A DNA stretch of 63,814 nucleotides, filler included, from Thraustochytrium aureum (lineage: Eukaryota): assembly GCA_012862495.1 (NCBI GenBank). It is 4 parts of 2 records of this genome, joined end to end, with 100 filler letters (N's around TTAATTAATTAA, not from the genome) between each part and the next. Parts side by side here need not be neighbours in the genome. Positions count along the whole stretch, not along the records: positions 1 to 28,403 come from BLSG01000197.1; positions 28,504 to 57,545 come from BLSG01000197.1; 2 more parts are not named here. The stretch is one strand, 5' to 3'. This document shows positions 22,792 to 33,787 of this stretch, one piece after another (positions within the stretch are counted from its first letter, which is position 1; each line of letters starts with the position of its first letter). The position numbers and the translations under genes are program-made. Under the pieces are notes generated by a model that was given only the letters and a program-made list of their open reading frames with translations, did no database searches and was not told the DNA's origin.

Positions 22792-24002
22792 NNNNNNNNN
22801 NNNNNNNNNNNNNNNNNNNNNNNNNNNNNNNNNNNNNNNNNNNNNNNNNNNNNNNNNNNNNNNNNNNNNNNNNNNNNNNNNNNNNNNNNNNNNNNNNNNN
22901 NNNNNNNNNNNNNNNNNNNNNNNNNNNNNNNNNNNNNNNNNNNNNNNNNNNNNNNNNNNNNNNNNNNNNNNNNNNNNNNNNNNNNNNNNNNNNNNNNNNN
23001 NNNNNNNNNNNNNNNNNNNNNNNNNNNNNNNNNNNNNNNNNNNNNNNNNNNNNNNNNNNNNNNNNNNNNNNNNNNNNNNNNNNNNNNNNNNNNNNNNNNN
23101 NNNNNNNNNNNNNNNNNNNNNNNNNNNNNNNNNNNNNNNNNNNNNNNNNNNNNNNNNNNNNNNNNNNNNNNNNNNNNNNNNNNNNNNNNNNNNNNNNNNN
23201 NNNNNNNNNNNNNNNNNNNNNNNNNNNNNNNNNNNNNNNNNNNNNNNNNNNNNNNNNNNNNNNNNNNNNNNNNNNNNNNNNNNNNNNNNNNNNNNNNNNN
23301 NNNNNNNNNNNNNNNNNNNNNNNNNNNNNNNNNNNNNNNNNNNNNNNNNNNNNNNNNNNNNNNNNNNNNNNNNNNNNNNNNNNNNNNNNNNNNNNNNNNN
23401 NNNNNNNNNNNNNNNNNNNNNNNNNNNNNNNNNNNNNNNNNNNNNNNNNNNNNNNNNNNNNNNNNNNNNNNNNNNNNNNNNNNNNNNNNNNNNNNNNNNN
23501 NNNNNNNNNNNNNNNNNNNNNNNNNNNNNNNNNNNNNNNNNNNNNNNNNNNNNNNNNNNNNNNNTTCTCTCTCTCCTGCTCTCCTGCTCTCCTGCTCTCC
23601 TTGCTTGCCACGGCGCAGCGAACGCTTGGTTGTTCCTTCGCGATCCTCCCCTCGAACGCCCTGGGTTTCAGAGTGAGGGCGATTGCCCTCCTCACAAGGG
23701 GAGAGAGGGGAAGGACGGCAGATTGCATTTCTTGTAGAAAGAACTTCTTGGTAGAGGGAAAGAACAGAAAAGAACTTGCGTATTCGTGCCTGCCATTGGA
23801 TGGAACCTGTGGTTTTGGCGCGGGCCCTCTCAATGTGTTTGGGAGACGAGAAGGCGGATTTTGAATTTGGGAGGGGCGAACTTGAGTGTTTTTCAAATTG
23901 CTGAGAGGCTGGGCCCAGTGTGGCGTTTTGGATTTTTTTGTTTTTGTTTTTGGTTTTGAAACGGGCTTGCTCGGATGACATGGGACATGGGCTGTTGTTC
24001 GT

Positions 24003-24913
24003 TCATCTGTGCGCGAGCGCGTCCAAGGCGAACGCAGGGTGGCGCTTCTCGATCGTGTCCAGGGCGCCGTTGACGCTGAGGCAGAGCTCCTGGATCCGTG
24101 CGTCAAACCCCGCCAGAGCCTCCCCAGCAGGCGCAAAGTCAAGGCAAAAATCGACCTGGTCGATCGACGCGCCGAGGCGGTCCTCGGCAACCATGCGGTA
24201 GGCGATCAGTTCGGCTTTCTCCGCATCCGTGTCGAGGATTTTGGCGAGCTCCGGCAGGGAGATGTTGGAGTAGATCTTGCTGGCCGCGAGCAGGTTGTGC
24301 TCGATCACGGCCCGCTCAAGCACGCTCGACCCGTCGGCCAGGATAGCCTTCTGGTGCGCGTCCAGCGTCTGCTCGAACGCTTTGACTTCCGCCTTGGAGA
24401 GGAACCGCTCCATGAACATCTTCTCGAGCACGGGCCAATGCGTGGAGAAGTTGCGCGTCCGCTCGTCTTTGTAGAGCAGGTTGAGCATCCGCGTGCGCTG
24501 GGGGCCGGCGCTGGCGAGAAGCGCGCAGGTGACGGCCTTGACGAGGAGGTGCAGCAGGTCGTCCTCTGCCACGAGCTTGCCGTCAATCTCCAGGCTCTCC
24601 GTGCTCAGCTGGTAGTAGCGGTGGGCTGCGTCCAAGAACTTGCGCTTCGAGTCGAGGATGCGCGCGTAGCTCACTTTGTGGCGGACCTGCACGAGCGGGT
24701 CCTGGCACGAAAACACGTACTGGCTCGCGCGGTTCACAAACCTCTCCGCCTCGACGGTCTCGTCCTCCTCCAGGAACAGCTCGGTGATGCGCACGTACTG
24801 CTCTGCCTTCTGGCTGTCCGAGTACCGGCCCGACTCGAGGTCGATGCCGGCCAGCACGCGCGCCGCCTCGATGTACATTTCGCTTTCCGCGAGCGCCTTG
24901 CCGTACGCCTCTC
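24003..24913 (-). CDS. CSN4: COP9 signalosome subunit 4, 5' partial
   Basis: YARILDSKRKFLDAAHRYYQLS, LASAGPQRTRML..LYKDER, DGSSVLERAVIEHNLLAASKIYSNI (PCI domain), IDQVD. Confidence 0.95.
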
Positions 24914-25618
24914 NNNNNNNNNNNNNNNNNNNNNNNNNNNNNNNNNNNNNNNNNNNNNNNNNNNNNNNNNNNNNNNNNNNNNNNNNNNNNNNNNNNNNNN
25001 NNNNNNNNNNNNNNNNNNNNNNNNNNNNNNNNNNNNNNNNNNNNNNNNNNNNNNNNNNNNNNNNNNNNNNNNNNNNNNNNNNNNNNNNNNNNNNNNNNNN
25101 NNNNNNNNNNNNNNNNNNNNNNNNNNNNNNNNNNNNNNNNNNNNNNNNNNNNNNNNNNNNNNNNNNNNNNNNNNNNNNNNNNNNNNNNNNNNNNNNNNNN
25201 NNNNNNNNNNNNNNNNNNNNNNNNNNNNNNNNNNNNNNNNNNNNNNNNNNNNNNNNNNNNNNNNNNNNNNNNNNNNNNNNNNNNNNNNNNNNNNNNNNNN
25301 NNNNNNNNNNNNNNNNNNNNNNNNNNNNNNNNNNNNNNNNNNNNNNNNNNNNNNNNNNNNNNNNNNNNNNNNNNNNNNNNNNNNNNNNNNNNNNNNNNNN
25401 NNNNNNNNNNNNNNNNNNNNNNNNNNNNNNNNNNNNNNNNNNNNNNNNNNNNNNNNNNNNNNNNNNNNNNNNNNNNNNNNNNNNNNNNNNNNNNNNNNNN
25501 NNNNNNNNNNNNNNNNNNNNNNNNNNNNNNNNNNNNNNNNNNNNNNNNNNNNNNNNNNNNNNNNNNNNNNNNNNNNNNNNNNNNNNNNNNNNNNNNNNNN
25601 NNNNNNNNNNNNNNNNNN

Positions 25619-26260
25619 ATGTGGGCAGGTCGCGGCGCGACGCTCGGACTTGCTCTCAGCGTCGGCCTGCTGGCGCTCGCGGGGCAGCGCGCGGATGCAG
25701 GCGGCTGCGACGGCGTCCCTGCTACGTGCTTGGAGGAGATGAGGGACCTGCGAAATGCGCCCCCTGGGTGTGCGGCGGCGGAGGCTGGCTGGACGTGCGA
25801 CGAGCTGAAAAGGTGCTGCCCGCCAGCGGCGAGCCAGCGGCCAGGGTTCACGGAGACTTGCGCAGAGGTTGGGTGCCCAAAAGTCTGCGAGATGGACGCT
25901 GCGACACTGACGTGTGGGGCCGCTCTTGGGGAGCAGGCGGAGCGCCTGCTTGCTCAGCTTGGCAGAGGCGATTGCTCGGCGTTTCAGGAGGCGCTGGACG
26001 CCCAAATCGCGTGCTTGTCAGACCAGGGGTGCGGGCCGCAGGCCGTGTCGAGGTGTGTCTCGCTAACGAGTGACTTGAGAAGAGGCGATTTCACCGGGGT
26101 CCTGGGGGTCAGAGCTGCGTGCCTTCGCCAGGAGACAGTCCCGTTCGCATGCCAAGCAGCGACAGCAGCTCTTGCGCAGACAGGAGCGAATGCCGGGCTG
26201 AGAGGATCGCTGCGCAGCAGGTTGCAATCAAGGTTGAAGGCTCGAGGGGGCCTGCCCTAG
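25619..26260 (+). CDS. Hypothetical secreted cysteine-rich protein
   Basis: Hydrophobic signal-like N-terminus (ATLGLALSVGLLALAG) followed by many regularly spaced Cys. Start is at the gap edge. Confidence 0.5.
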   Translation: MWAGRGATLGLALSVGLLALAGQRADAGGCDGVPATCLEEMRDLRNAPPGCAAAEAGWTCDELKRCCPPAASQRPGFTETCAEVGCPKVCEMDAATLTCGAALGEQAERLLAQLGRGDCSAFQEALDAQIACLSDQGCGPQAVSRCVSLTSDLRRGDFTGVLGVRAACLRQETVPFACQAATAALAQTGANAGLRGSLRSRLQSRLKARGGLP

Positions 26261-26542
26261 CTCGTCAGTTACCGCGGGTCCCCTTGCGTTGACGATGCCA
26301 GCCGTGCTACGCTGCCCGGATTGATTTGATTTCAATTGAAATCAAGAATGCACAATGAAACGTATGTACAGTACTCTACATGGATGAAGAATGAATGCCC
26401 TTTGATGATGCAGCCCCGCTGCTCGTTTCCCTCAGCCGCCCTTTGCGCGATCTGCGCCTGTTGTTCGAACAACCCCCAAAAATAACTACTTACCAACTAC
26501 GCAGACCCATTGAGCAAAGTGAACGCTCTGTGGACGGGCCCC

Positions 26543-28293
26543 TCACCGTTCCTCACGATTGCTCAGACAATTGAGGTGGCGCAAAGAGGTCCGCGAAATA
26601 GTCGCTGCGGCTTCCTTGGGCATGATGTGCGACTCCATGAGAAACTGCATCGTTGCCAAGGTGTGAGGGTCCCGAATGCGATACGAGACGCTCTTTAGCA
26701 TCACCACCAGGATCGTGATGAGGATTCCAGACAGGTTGGCCGACAAGGAGATCTCCTTGTCCATGAAATGCATCACGTCGTTCGCATAATCGAATCGACC
26801 TGTCAGGAGGAATACGATGTAGGTGCTCACGAGCCCAGTGCAGGTGATGTGAGTCAGACGGACGTGCTTTTGCATTTTCGGGTGCCATGCGTCCGTGAGC
26901 ACAAAAACAAAAGCGTTGGGCAACTGAGCCACGCCGTTCACGACTGCCAATGGACTGCGAACGTTCCAAACGTACATAGTCCAGTACAGCACAAACAGCA
27001 AGATGACGTATTTGTTCTCGATTTCCCTCAAAGAGCGCCGAGCCAGCTCAACGTTGCTCAGCGACAGCGCGCAGATCGTTATCGGGAACGACATGCACAT
27101 CATCACCGTATCCGCAACCCCGATGGAATGCGTGCCACTGAGGTTGAGGATGAAGAGAAACTGGCCCAGCAGCCACATCGGGAACTGGGCGAAGCGGAAG
27201 AACGGCGATTTGCAAATCACAAAGGCGCGGTCCCCAGCCCGGCTTCCCAAAAGCCGCCGCGCCAGCGTGTCCTTCGAGTCAATCATGAGCAGGTTGCGCG
27301 GCAGAGAAAACGCCATGCGAACAGACTTGTGCCGTGCTGCTCCGGCATAGTGCGCAAACGAGTTTTGCGTCGCGTAGACTTTGCTCGCCGTCCTCCCAGA
27401 GAGCTGCTCTTTAGCCTCGTTGTATCGCTTCGAGAACTCCGAGGCTGTCTCTGGCGTGACGCGCACAAGTTTGGCTTTGGAAGTCAGGAGAGAAAACCTG
27501 TCCGAGTTGTTTGCCGAGCGCCACAAGCTCGTGAGCAGTGTCATCGTCATGTTGCACGCTGCGCCGAAAAACCGTGCTTCAAGAAACCCGTTCCTCTCCT
27601 CGAGAGGCTTTTCCAGCGCTCTCATGTAGATCAAGCATGAGCTGGCAACCTGCGTCACGAGAGCCATGACGAAGAATTTTTTGAGCACCCGTTTCATCAG
27701 CGCGCGCGGGACGGTGTCGATGATGAGGGCGCTCAAGCAGAGCGTCAACTGGCTCAAGTGGCCGGCTAGAAAGTCCGGGTTTGGCACGATTTCGCGCGAC
27801 GAAATGAACAAGACCACGTTGCTCACGAATCCGAAGCGGAATCCGAACTGGCCTGCTTGAACCCGGAGGACCGTGAGGTTGCAGAGGAGGATGTTGACGA
27901 TAGCCGGAGGCAGAAACCCGAGCGATAGGTACGCCAAGCTCCCATCGTCTTGCCAGAGCGATATTGGCCACGCGATGCCTGCCACGACGAATAGAAGGAC
28001 GCTCGATGCAAGCATTGCGCGACTGCACACGAAGACGAACATGATCTGGCTGAAGCGTGTGCCAAACATTTTGCCGCATAGTGTCTCTGTGCTCTCATAC
28101 TCGAACGCTTCTAGCAGTGGTACGAGCAAGTACACCGACTTCTTGTGCTTCTTCTTCGCGGCCCCGCCGCTCTTGCACTCGGCGCCTGCTCGTTGGCGAC
28201 ACCTTCCACAACACCCAGCGCGTCCGGCTGCTCCTGAGCCTTGTGGGTGCCGAGCGCCAGGAGCTCGGCGGGAGCGACTTGGGCAGGTCCCAT
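26543..28293 (-). CDS. Hypothetical multi-pass membrane protein with two internally repeated halves; probable frameshift near 28185
   Basis: 530-aa ORF with about 12-14 hydrophobic segments. Likely ATG at 28293 (MGPAQVAP...) lies in an adjacent frame. Confidence 0.7.
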
Positions 28294-28447
28294 CTGGCCC
28301 TGCGGCGTCGCTAATCGCGACCGCCGCACCGCATTCGCCGACTGCCGGCTTGACGCCTGCCTTGAGCGACCTATCCGTTGAATTAACGTGTGTGGAGTGG
28401 GTTNNNNNNNNNNNNNNNNNNNNNNNNNNNNNNNNNNNNNNNNNNNN

Positions 28448-28459
28448 TTAATTAATTAA
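28448..28459. other. Artificial scaffold-joining linker (stop codons in all six frames)
   Basis: TTAATTAATTAA flanked on both sides by short equal N runs. Confidence 0.95.
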
Positions 28460-28503
28460 NNNNNNNNNNNNNNNNNNNNNNNNNNNNNNNNNNNNNNNNN
28501 NNN

Positions 28504-30080
28504 GAGGAGGAGGAGGACGAGGAGGTGGAAAAGGTCCCTGTGACAATAATTACAGGGTTTTTAGGTGAGTTTGTCGCCAGTTCTGCGGGCGGGACAGGTT
28601 GCGGACGCGCTGCGAATGGAGCGGAAGGGCTGACGAGGCCGGCGAGGTGCGCAGGCGCCGGCAAGACCACGCTGGTGAACCACATCCTCAAAGATCCCAA
28701 CCATGGGCTCAAGTTTGCGGTCATCGAGAACGAGTTTGGCGACGTCGGGGTTGACGATGCCATCATCAAGCAGCACAGCGACGAGCAGATCATCGAAATG
28801 ATGAACGGTTGCGTGTGCTGCACGGTGCGCACCGACCTCGCAAAAACGGTAAAGAAGCTCCTCGACCGCAAGGGCGAGTTTGACGCGATCATTATCGAAA
28901 CCACGGGGATGGCAGACCCGAGCCCTGTTGCGCAAACGTTCATCGTAGACGAGGAGATCTCGCCTCGCTGCGCCCTGGATGGGATCGTTACTGTCGTGGA
29001 TGCCAAACACGTGCTCAAGCACCTCGAGCAGGAACGGGCCACCAAGGTGGCCGACTTACCGGCCGATGGCGATTCAAACGGCAAGCCCCAAGCTGCCAAT
29101 GCCGACACCGTCAACGAGTCCATTCAGCAAATAGCGTTTGCGGACCGCATCCTGCTCAACAAGGTCGACCTAGTCACCAAGGAGGAGCTCGACTTCGTCA
29201 AGGCGCAAATCCACGCAATCAACAGCACAGCGACGTTGTTCGAAACGGAACGATCACGCGTCGATCCGCGCAAGCTCGTAGGCATGAACGCTTTTAGCCT
29301 GGACCGCGTGCTTGAGTTTGAGCCGGAGTTCCTCAACGAAGACGCAGAAAAGGCCGACCACGCCAAGAAGGACGGCGGGCACGACCACGGCCACGGCCAC
29401 GGCCCGACCACGGCCACGACCACGGCCACGACCACGGACACGGACACGGGCACGAGAGCTGCAACGGTCACTGTGACCACGGAAAGGAGGAGGCGCCCAA
29501 GCCTAGCAGACACGACAGGTCTGTCGGCTCTCTGAGCTTTCGCTTCGAAGGCGACATCTCGCTGCCCAAGCTCGAGGCGTGGATCCGCACCTTGATGGAG
29601 ATCAAGGGCGATGACCTCTACCGGTACAAGGGGGTGATCGCGGTGGCTGGCATGGAGGAGCGCTACGTTTTTCAAGGCGTGCACATGCTTTTCGAGGGCG
29701 ACTTTCACCAACCCTGGGCCGCCGGCGAGAAGCGTGTTTCCAAATTCGTCTTTATTGGGCGCAATCTGGACCGCGATGAGATCACCCGCGAGTTTAACGC
29801 GTGCAAGACCTACCCGTTGCGTTTCGAGACCGGCACCAAAGTTCAAGTCAACGTCGGGCCGAATGGCTTCGCTGATGCCGAGGTAATTGCGACATGGAAC
29901 GAGGGCTATCCTTACCGCGTTCGTCTCGCGGACCCAAAGGCTCGCGGGAAAACCCCCGACGAGGAGGACGCTGGCAAGGACGGCGAGGAGGACGAGGAGG
30001 AGGAGGAGGACGACGACGAGATGTGGGTGCCAGAAGACACCGACGAGTTCATCTGCCTCCCTGGGGAGCGGCCAGCCTAG
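28504..30080 (+). CDS. CobW/COG0523 zinc-metallochaperone GTPase, 5' partial; intron 28565-28654; frameshift near 29404
   Basis: Splicing GTGAGT...GCAG restores GFLGAGKTT. Also VIENEFG, GCVCC, IIIETTG, LLNKVD, a His-rich linker and CobW_C LYRYKGV...FQGVH...FVFIGRNLD. Confidence 0.95.
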
Positions 30081-30611
30081 CGAGCCAAGACGGAATAAAA
30101 CCTACCACCCCCCTCCCCTCCGCCACCCCTCAAACTGCTGTCTCTGTTGATCCCCGCGCTGGACCGCAAGCTTGCGCTGTCGCTTCCTGGCTTGGAAAAC
30201 CCGAAAGGCTGCTCTTGTCCACGTTGCAAGACGAGCGCCGTCTCTCGCTCAAAGGAATAGAGCAAACGAACAGAAACCCAGTTGGTCTCATGATGCGCAC
30301 GCAATGCAATGCGCCTGCAGCCGAGCGTCGTTGGAAGGGCCCGAGCCGCGCCGCGCAGCGCAAGGCAGGAAGCCGAGGTCGCCCCGCCCTTCCTGAGTCC
30401 GTCCGCACGTCTGTGCGTCGCAGCCACTTGTAAACGTGAACGAAACGGAGCAGACCAGAGCGCATTCCTCGCGTGTGCCGCGACAGGACGCGCGAGGTGG
30501 CCCGGCCGGACTGCGAATTGGCGCCGGTAGCCGCAGCTTTCCCGTCCCCCAGAGTGTGGCCGAGGGCGTAGCGGTGTGGCCTGGCGCGCGCTAGCTGGCG
30601 TGGCGAGAGAG

Positions 30612-31952
30612 ATGGCAGGCCATTTCGCCTCGGGGAGGCTTTTCGTGGCACGCCGACTTTTGTCGCGGCCGCGGCTTCGCTATGCGGGGCAGAGGTGGCG
30701 GAGCTCCTCCTCCTCCTCGTCGTCGTCGTCGTCGTCACCGTCGGCGTTCTCAGCTATTTCGGCAACTTCGGCGAGGTCGAGCACGAGGAGCGAGAGCGAC
30801 GAGCGCCTTGCTGTGGCGAAAGGGGTGCAAGACCTCGTTCGAGCCGGGTTTCGGTCGCTCAGCGCCGAGCCCTTCGTCCAGGCTGCAGACAAGGTAGGCG
30901 ACCTGCCTTCCGGATCTGTGGCGCGCCGGTACCTGTCCGGCTTTATCATGAACGGGCACGGCAACCTGCTCGTGCTGAAGGGCGAGGCCGACCAGGCGAA
31001 TCTTCTCTTGAAGGGCGCCTTCGAGCACGCGATGGAGGAAGCCTTCCAGGGGCTCGGCGATGATCGCTACTCGGACATTGTGTCTTTCGCGAGCGACTTG
31101 GCAATCAACCACGCGCAGAACGGCGAGCTCGTCGAGGCGGAAAAGCTCATGAAGAGGGCCTTGTACTGGGTCAATTCGCCGAGGATCGGGCCAGATAGGG
31201 TGCTGCAGTCTGCGACCTACAGCAACCTGGGCCTGATCCAGTCGCTTGCTGGCAAGTCCTCGAATGCTTTGGACAGCCACGAGCGCGCCGTGGAGCTGGA
31301 CGTGGGCGAGGACCCAATCGTGTCCTGCGCCGCCAAGCTCAATCTCAGCATCTCGCTGCGCGCCGAGGGGATTCTCGATCGTGGGCTGCAACTCTCAGAC
31401 GCCGTCCTCGAGAGCTCGGCGCAACACCTCGCAGCCGCGAGCAGCTCGGCCACCAATCCCGCTGCTCTCGCACAGGCCCGCCAGATCCGCTGCTCTGCGC
31501 TTATCAACGCAGCCCTGTACCGGTTCCACGGGGCATCTTCGGTTGAGGACATACAAAAGGTGCACGCGCTGGCGCTCGAGGCCCAGGCCCTCCCTGTGGC
31601 TGACGCTGTCCCCGTTTACCTCTTGCTTGGTCTCAGCGCGGCGGACTGCGACGCGGCCTTTGCGTTTTACACGCGGGCGCTGGAGGCCGCCAAAAGCAAG
31701 ACCGTGGCGGCGGCAGTCCACAACAACATCATAACGCTAGAGTCGTCCGAGCTCGACGCTGCCGGCATCGAGGAAGACGCACGACAAGTACTCGAGGTAG
31801 ACAACGCTCAGGCAAGCGCCAACATGCTCAAGCGCGTCACGCTTGGCTCCGAGACACAGGGACTCTGGGTGCAAGAGCACTTTGCTTTTCTCAGCGGTGT
31901 CACGCTCAAGCGGTTTATCAGGACCGATTTGAATGAGGACGGCCCGCTTTGA
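30612..31952 (+). CDS. TPR-repeat protein with probable mitochondrial presequence
   Basis: TPR-like helices (GELVEAEKLMKRAL, ATYSNLGLIQSLAGKSSNALDSHERAVEL). Arg/Ser-rich N-terminus. Confidence 0.7.
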   Translation: MAGHFASGRLFVARRLLSRPRLRYAGQRWRSSSSSSSSSSSSPSAFSAISATSARSSTRSESDERLAVAKGVQDLVRAGFRSLSAEPFVQAADKVGDLPSGSVARRYLSGFIMNGHGNLLVLKGEADQANLLLKGAFEHAMEEAFQGLGDDRYSDIVSFASDLAINHAQNGELVEAEKLMKRALYWVNSPRIGPDRVLQSATYSNLGLIQSLAGKSSNALDSHERAVELDVGEDPIVSCAAKLNLSISLRAEGILDRGLQLSDAVLESSAQHLAAASSSATNPAALAQARQIRCSALINAALYRFHGASSVEDIQKVHALALEAQALPVADAVPVYLLLGLSAADCDAAFAFYTRALEAAKSKTVAAAVHNNIITLESSELDAAGIEEDARQVLEVDNAQASANMLKRVTLGSETQGLWVQEHFAFLSGVTLKRFIRTDLNEDGPL

Positions 31953-32214
31953 GCCGCGCTTGTTGGGCTGAGACCCCTGATTGCGTGCGCGTGCTAGCTT
32001 TAGAGACCAACTAACGCTTTCCTTTCTGTATTGTCGAGACCCGACCCGCGCGCGGCCCGCGAGCGCTTGCTCTTTTTTATTACAAACACGCGAGTCGGTC
32101 TGGTTGGCGAGCCGAGCTTGCCCAGCCCGCACTCCACACGAACGGCTCGTCCGCGCGAGGCAGCTGATCTCGTGTTGTGGGCCCGCGCGCTGCACCTCCT
32201 GAAGGAGCGGCCCC

Positions 32215-33558
32215 TCAGCAGTCGCCAAGCGCGTGCGGGAGAGCAACAGCAAGATCCGAGGCTGTTGGACTCGCAGGGCGGAGCAAGAAGAGAGCGGCCC
32301 TCTCTGCCTCGATCTCTTCGACTTGGACGACGATGCCTTTCTCAGCCAAAACGCGATGCCTTGCGCTGAAGCGCCGTCGCGCTAAACCGTACGCGGTCAA
32401 GCCGCTCGCATTCAGCGCGTCACGGCGCGCCCCAGCATTCAGGAGCGCGTTGATGCAACGCGTGTCGTGGTGCAACGCGCGCATAAGCGGCGTCAAGCCG
32501 CTCGCGTCAAGCGCGTCGACGCTGCGCGCGAGGCGCGCGAGGAACGGAATATGGCGGCTCGCATCTCTTGCCGCGGCCAAATGCAGAGCGAACGCGCGGT
32601 CCACGCTCGCCCCGCGCCGGGCAAAGTCGCAAACCACCTCCTCGAGACACGCATCCCCTGCTCCGGGCACGCGGCCCTGGAGCCTTGCCAGCTCCATGTC
32701 ATGGTCGCTCATGAGGCATCGCGATAGCATGTCATGAAGCGCGGCATCCACGCCCCGCGGCAGCGGGGCGAGGCCTTTGACCGGCTCCTGGCGCAGCACG
32801 GCGCTCTCGAGCCCGCTCCTCTTGCGCGTCCATCGCGTCGGCGTTTGCGTGTCGAGCCAGTCACGCGCGAGAACTAGACACGCGCGACCTTGCACAGCGT
32901 GCTCGCACAGCTGAAACCCGATTCGGAAGAAGGGCTCGAGCGCTGCACAGCGGAGGCCGGCTCCAAGGCTCGCGCGCAAGTGAGACACAGGGTCGGAGGG
33001 CCCCTCCTGGTTTCCCTCAACAACGTCGCTCAGGAACACGACACAGGACCACCGGGCCTCTACGCTCGCATGGCGAATGGCGCAGTCGAGCGCGCGAGAG
33101 ACGACTGGGTCGCCGGCCAGGCCAGGCTCTGCGCTGAAACTGTGAATCATCAAGAGGTCGCCACGCGGCGCCCTGTTGACGCCGCGCGCATTGCTCAGAG
33201 GCGCCTTGGCGCGCCCGTCCTGCTCGAAAAGGGCAAGCGCGCAAGCGCGCAGATCGTCGTCTCCGAGCTCATCACAAATCCGACGAAACTCGTTGCCGAG
33301 CTGCCGCGATACAAGCGAGACCTGGGTGGTGGCTACACGAGCTCCGCGCCGGCCTGACAGGCTCAGTTCCACGCGGGTTGCATACGGCGTGCGGAGGCTC
33401 TCGTCGAGCGACTCTGCGCGCGCTACGACGAGATCGCAGCCCTGGTGCGCGCACTCCGGCGCCACTGCCTCAGGTCTGCTGGCGCTGCTGCAGCAGCTGC
33501 TGCTGCTGCTCACCTGGGCAAGTGCCGGGTGAGCGCTCGACCAGGCGGGATCGTCCAT
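32215..33558 (-). CDS. Ankyrin-repeat-containing protein
   Basis: ALHLAAA, DASGLTPLMRAL...INALLNAGA...NASGLTAYGLA. ATG at 33558 (MDDPAWSS). Confidence 0.7.
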   Translation of the reverse strand: MDDPAWSSAHPALAQVSSSSSCCSSASRPEAVAPECAHQGCDLVVARAESLDESLRTPYATRVELSLSGRRGARVATTQVSLVSRQLGNEFRRICDELGDDDLRACALALFEQDGRAKAPLSNARGVNRAPRGDLLMIHSFSAEPGLAGDPVVSRALDCAIRHASVEARWSCVVFLSDVVEGNQEGPSDPVSHLRASLGAGLRCAALEPFFRIGFQLCEHAVQGRACLVLARDWLDTQTPTRWTRKRSGLESAVLRQEPVKGLAPLPRGVDAALHDMLSRCLMSDHDMELARLQGRVPGAGDACLEEVVCDFARRGASVDRAFALHLAAARDASRHIPFLARLARSVDALDASGLTPLMRALHHDTRCINALLNAGARRDALNASGLTAYGLARRRFSARHRVLAEKGIVVQVEEIEAERAALFLLRPASPTASDLAVALPHALGDC

Positions 33559-33787
33559 TTCGCCGTTGCGTCGCCGTTGCGTCGCCGCTTCACGGCCCCC
33601 CCCAGAAAGCGGCGCACCCCCGTTGAGCCGTCTGGCCGTGCCTCGTTGCTCGCCTCGCTGCTCGCCGGGCAGCGAGCGAGCCCGAGCGAGCCGAGATGGG
33701 CCCTCCCGCAAGCCGTTACGAAACGCCCCGTTGGTGTGCGCGATCCGACCAACCTGACCCACGCCGCGGCCCTCCTCCCTCCCTCAC

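Noticed and set aside
28404..28503. TTAATTAATTAA repeated three times in the window (possible TTAA/piggyBac sites or regulatory repeat)
   Set aside because: Always embedded in equal-length N runs and contains stops in all frames. It is a synthetic contig linker, so genes across it are not true neighbours.
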